Below, in pieces: positions 61,245 to 64,000 of a stretch of 64,000 bases of DNA. A model generated the notes under the pieces. It worked only from the letters and a program-made list of their open reading frames with translations. It was not told the origin of the DNA and did not search any database. The stretch is from Takakia lepidozioides (taxonomy: Eukaryota; Plantae; Bryophyta). Both the position numbers and the translations under genes were made by a program. Positions within the stretch are counted from its first letter, which is position 1; the number at the start of each line of letters is the position of its first letter. The stretch is taken from NCBI GenBank assembly GCA_030704615.1, contig CM060734.1, positions 29,264,001-29,328,000 on the forward strand, written 5' to 3'.

Positions 61245-61930
61245 GAGTGCCACCCTTGTCCTCCTCAAAAAATGGTTCTGCATCAATACCCAGGGGTTGC
61301 GAACGGAGGGCAAGAGGTTATCATTGTATTGCATCAACTTAATGTTGTGGTGCATCGTAGTTTAGCTTGCGCACGTCCAAAATTGATCCCTCGTTTTCTT
61401 TGATGTGCAGACTTTGGTATTTGATGCATATTGTTTCGTGAAGACTGGCTCCACGTTCCGATTCCGCGGTGACGGTCGTCTTGTCAATGCCTCTGTGAAC
61501 CCTCTTACGTATGATGTCCTCTACAACCATGTGTCGAAGGACAGTAGGCCCCGTGATAGTGGCAACATGCCCGCTTCGGTACAGTCGGACCCGGAGCCCT
61601 ACTTTTATTCAAACGCTAATGGAGACGTGCTCCTTAGTCCAAGGCAGAATTCTTGACCTTATATGTGGCACCGATAAGCCTTTACATCCACATTATGTCC
61701 CTTTTCGAACGGGTCCAATTACATTTGCACATGCCACATCCTGCTAACCTCCCCCGTTGTCCATCAGGTGCTTCACTCTGGGCTGCGTCCGAGTCCGACA
61801 GGCATGTCTTTGCCTTCGAGGCAGATATTGCCCTCCACAACTCCCATCTTGCAGGGCTGCAACGTCGGAAAATGAGCAGGGGGAGGAAGAAGTTGAGATC
61901 GCAGCCGAGGATTTGCCGGTTTACTAGTGA
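61245..61930 (+). pseudogene. 3' half of a methyltransferase-like gene (copy D), close paralogue of copy B
   Basis: KKWFCINTQGLRTEG, RYSRTRSPTFIQTLMETCSLVQGRILDLICGT, GASLWAASESDRHVFAFEAD. Downstream sequence matches 4700-5400. Confidence 0.8.
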
Positions 61931-64000
61931 GTGGTTGCATTGTAAGTTGCCTCTTGTTTTCATGAGGCACCTCCCTTGGTTCTCTAATTTCATTGAAAAA
62001 CCCGTTTTGAATTCTTTTGGTATGGACATTTTTGACGTGGTTTTGTTCTTACCGCAAGATGCAAAGTAGTGCAGGTGGCAGGACTTCACCGGAGTTCATT
62101 GGCAGGAGGAACGTGCCGTTTTCTGCCAGGGGGGATTTCTTCCGTAGTTCTCAAAGGGACTTCACCCTTCCTTCTTATGCTGACCGGCTTGCGAGGGCAA
62201 CCATTATGAGGTCTTTCCCAACCTAGTCGTGTACAGCAGATTTTAGACCAAGAAAGCCTCAAGAAAACGAAGATGAAGGACGTGGCAGCAGCTATTAAAG
62301 CTCGCAAGATGCGCAGATTTGTCTTAGATTTTGCTGCGGAAAGTGGGGGGGGGGGAAAAGATTCCCAAGAGATCAGGTGGAAAGTCCCCCAAGGAGAGGA
62401 TAGTAGTACTGATATATCTTAGAGCTCAGAGTATTTTTGAGAGGCATAGTAGTACTGATATATCTTAGAGCTCAGAGGATGAGAGGGATGAGGAGGAAGG
62501 TGGGGCAGGTCCCTCCGAAATGAGGATAGTAGTGCCCATTCCGGCTATGACAGTTGTATTGTTGTGGCTTGTCACTCAATTTGAAGAAAGTGCCGCACAA
62601 TCTCAGTTGTCAAGGACTTTTGACTTGCGCATCTTCATCAAACTGTTCCGTTTTGCATGGATTATGGGAGGAAGTGCAAGTTATGAAAGCCAGATCTGGT
62701 ATCCGAGAGTCCATGTTTTGCTACTCTCACAGTGGGATGGTTGAGTGTTGAGATGATCCAAGCTGAAATTTCATATACAGAGTCGCACGCAAAAGCAGCA
62801 ATAGGAAAGAGTCTCCCAATGAGTTACTTCTGGCATGTACACATGCACATCGAGTAACGTACTTTTTACAGGGCAGATGGATTCGAGAAAAGGCCCACCA
62901 TTGCAAACATTGTAACTTGAATTGTCTAGCTATTGCCTTGCATTCTCAACTACAACGATCTGCTGCGTTTGCAAAGCATATCTTCCATAACACTCATTGC
63001 CAAGCTAAAGCTGTCTGTAGCTGGGTGCATTTTGTGGCTTACTCCACCTCGACCCTATGCTGCGGACATGCCAACAAATGGACCACTGACCCAGGGCTTC
63101 TCTTTCACTAACTCTCTCCAATGTCATCTGGGCGGGGGTGGTGCTGGAGAAGGGTATATTTGACTTTCGTACTTGGCAGATCTGAGGTCTGATCCCTCTC
63201 AAGCATGGGAATATCGGCATCAACCATGGCTTCACTATTAGCAGTAATAGCCTCCGGAGACATGCTAGGATTTTCCAGTGGACTCCCTTGATCTGCAAAA
63301 GGTGCCACTAGCCGGCACGCATTGATTGCTGTAAAAGAAGAGGAGCAGAACTCTCGCTTCCTCCGCTTCCGCTTTGGTATGGACTCTGAAAAGAGAGGGG
63401 GCCTGTCAATTGAAGCGCTGGCAGGAGCCAGGGAGTCACTGCTTGCGGCACCCTTCCCAACCCACAATTTCGAGCTACCTTTGCCCAATGAAAGTGAGTC
63501 CCCGTCAGGGCCTCGCTTGAGGGGAGGAAAGTACCGATGCTGCCGCTCTTTTGCCTCCATATCCACATGCCGACTCTGATAATGTTCGTCATCTGTCTCC
63601 TGCTCATATAATATGATGAATAAAAATATGAAAGAACTAACTCAAAGGTGTAAACTGTATTTTACCTTAAGAGCACACTGGCAGAGGAAGGTCGAGAACC
63701 TGAGATGCGTTCCAGCGACTTTCTTTTCTGCTGATCTTTCTCAACACTAAACTGCAAACAAATCTGCCTCCTAAATTATCGACAAACTATACTACCGATT
63801 GGCACTCAAGACTGAATGTAATCCAAAACCTACAACAAAATTTACCTCACACTACAAATTGGTTTGCAACACCATGACTGACTTGGCCAGCATTCCAATA
63901 TCAATCCATCCCGGCATCATTTTAAGACCAGATAGAGACTCCACAGCGATGTCCTTTTAAGTCACCACTTTCTCTGAATGACCTGCAGTTGCTGCTTCCT

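Noticed and set aside
62750-64000. ORF 63108-63566 as a host gene exon
   Set aside because: No recognisable domain and not enough evidence at the window edge.

Overview
Repeat-dense eukaryotic DNA, most likely from a non-seed land plant such as a bryophyte (inferred from spliceosomal introns, an F-box remnant, a tRNA-iMet-primed chromovirus and plant-type LINEs). No intact host gene is visible; the window is a nest of transposons. The main observation is a repeated three-part architecture in DNA transposons: (1) a DDE/DDD transposase, (2) a cargo gene resembling a prokaryote-type beta-class amino (N4-C/N6-A) DNA methyltransferase, fused in two copies to an N-terminal ParB/Srx-like domain, and (3) an element-specific ~18-22 bp palindrome scattered through that element's spacers and introns. 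It occurs in two diverged MULE-type elements (20.2-35.4 kb plus 4.7-5.6 kb; 43-53.3 kb), in a Sola1-like element (7.9-11.2 kb plus 35.4-42.8 kb) and as a fragment at 60.9-62.6 kb. One MULE-MTase element has recognisable TIRs and a 9-bp TSD once a ~15.5-kb inversion (about 4.68-20.19 kb) is undone; undoing it also rejoins a LINE. Also present: a full-length Ty3/gypsy chromovirus (23435-30371), a LINE with a PCIF1-like domain, an L1-like 3' part, a MITE with a 4-bp TSD and a tRNA-containing mini-LTR (TRIM). All domain calls are from motif recognition by eye and have not been checked against a database.
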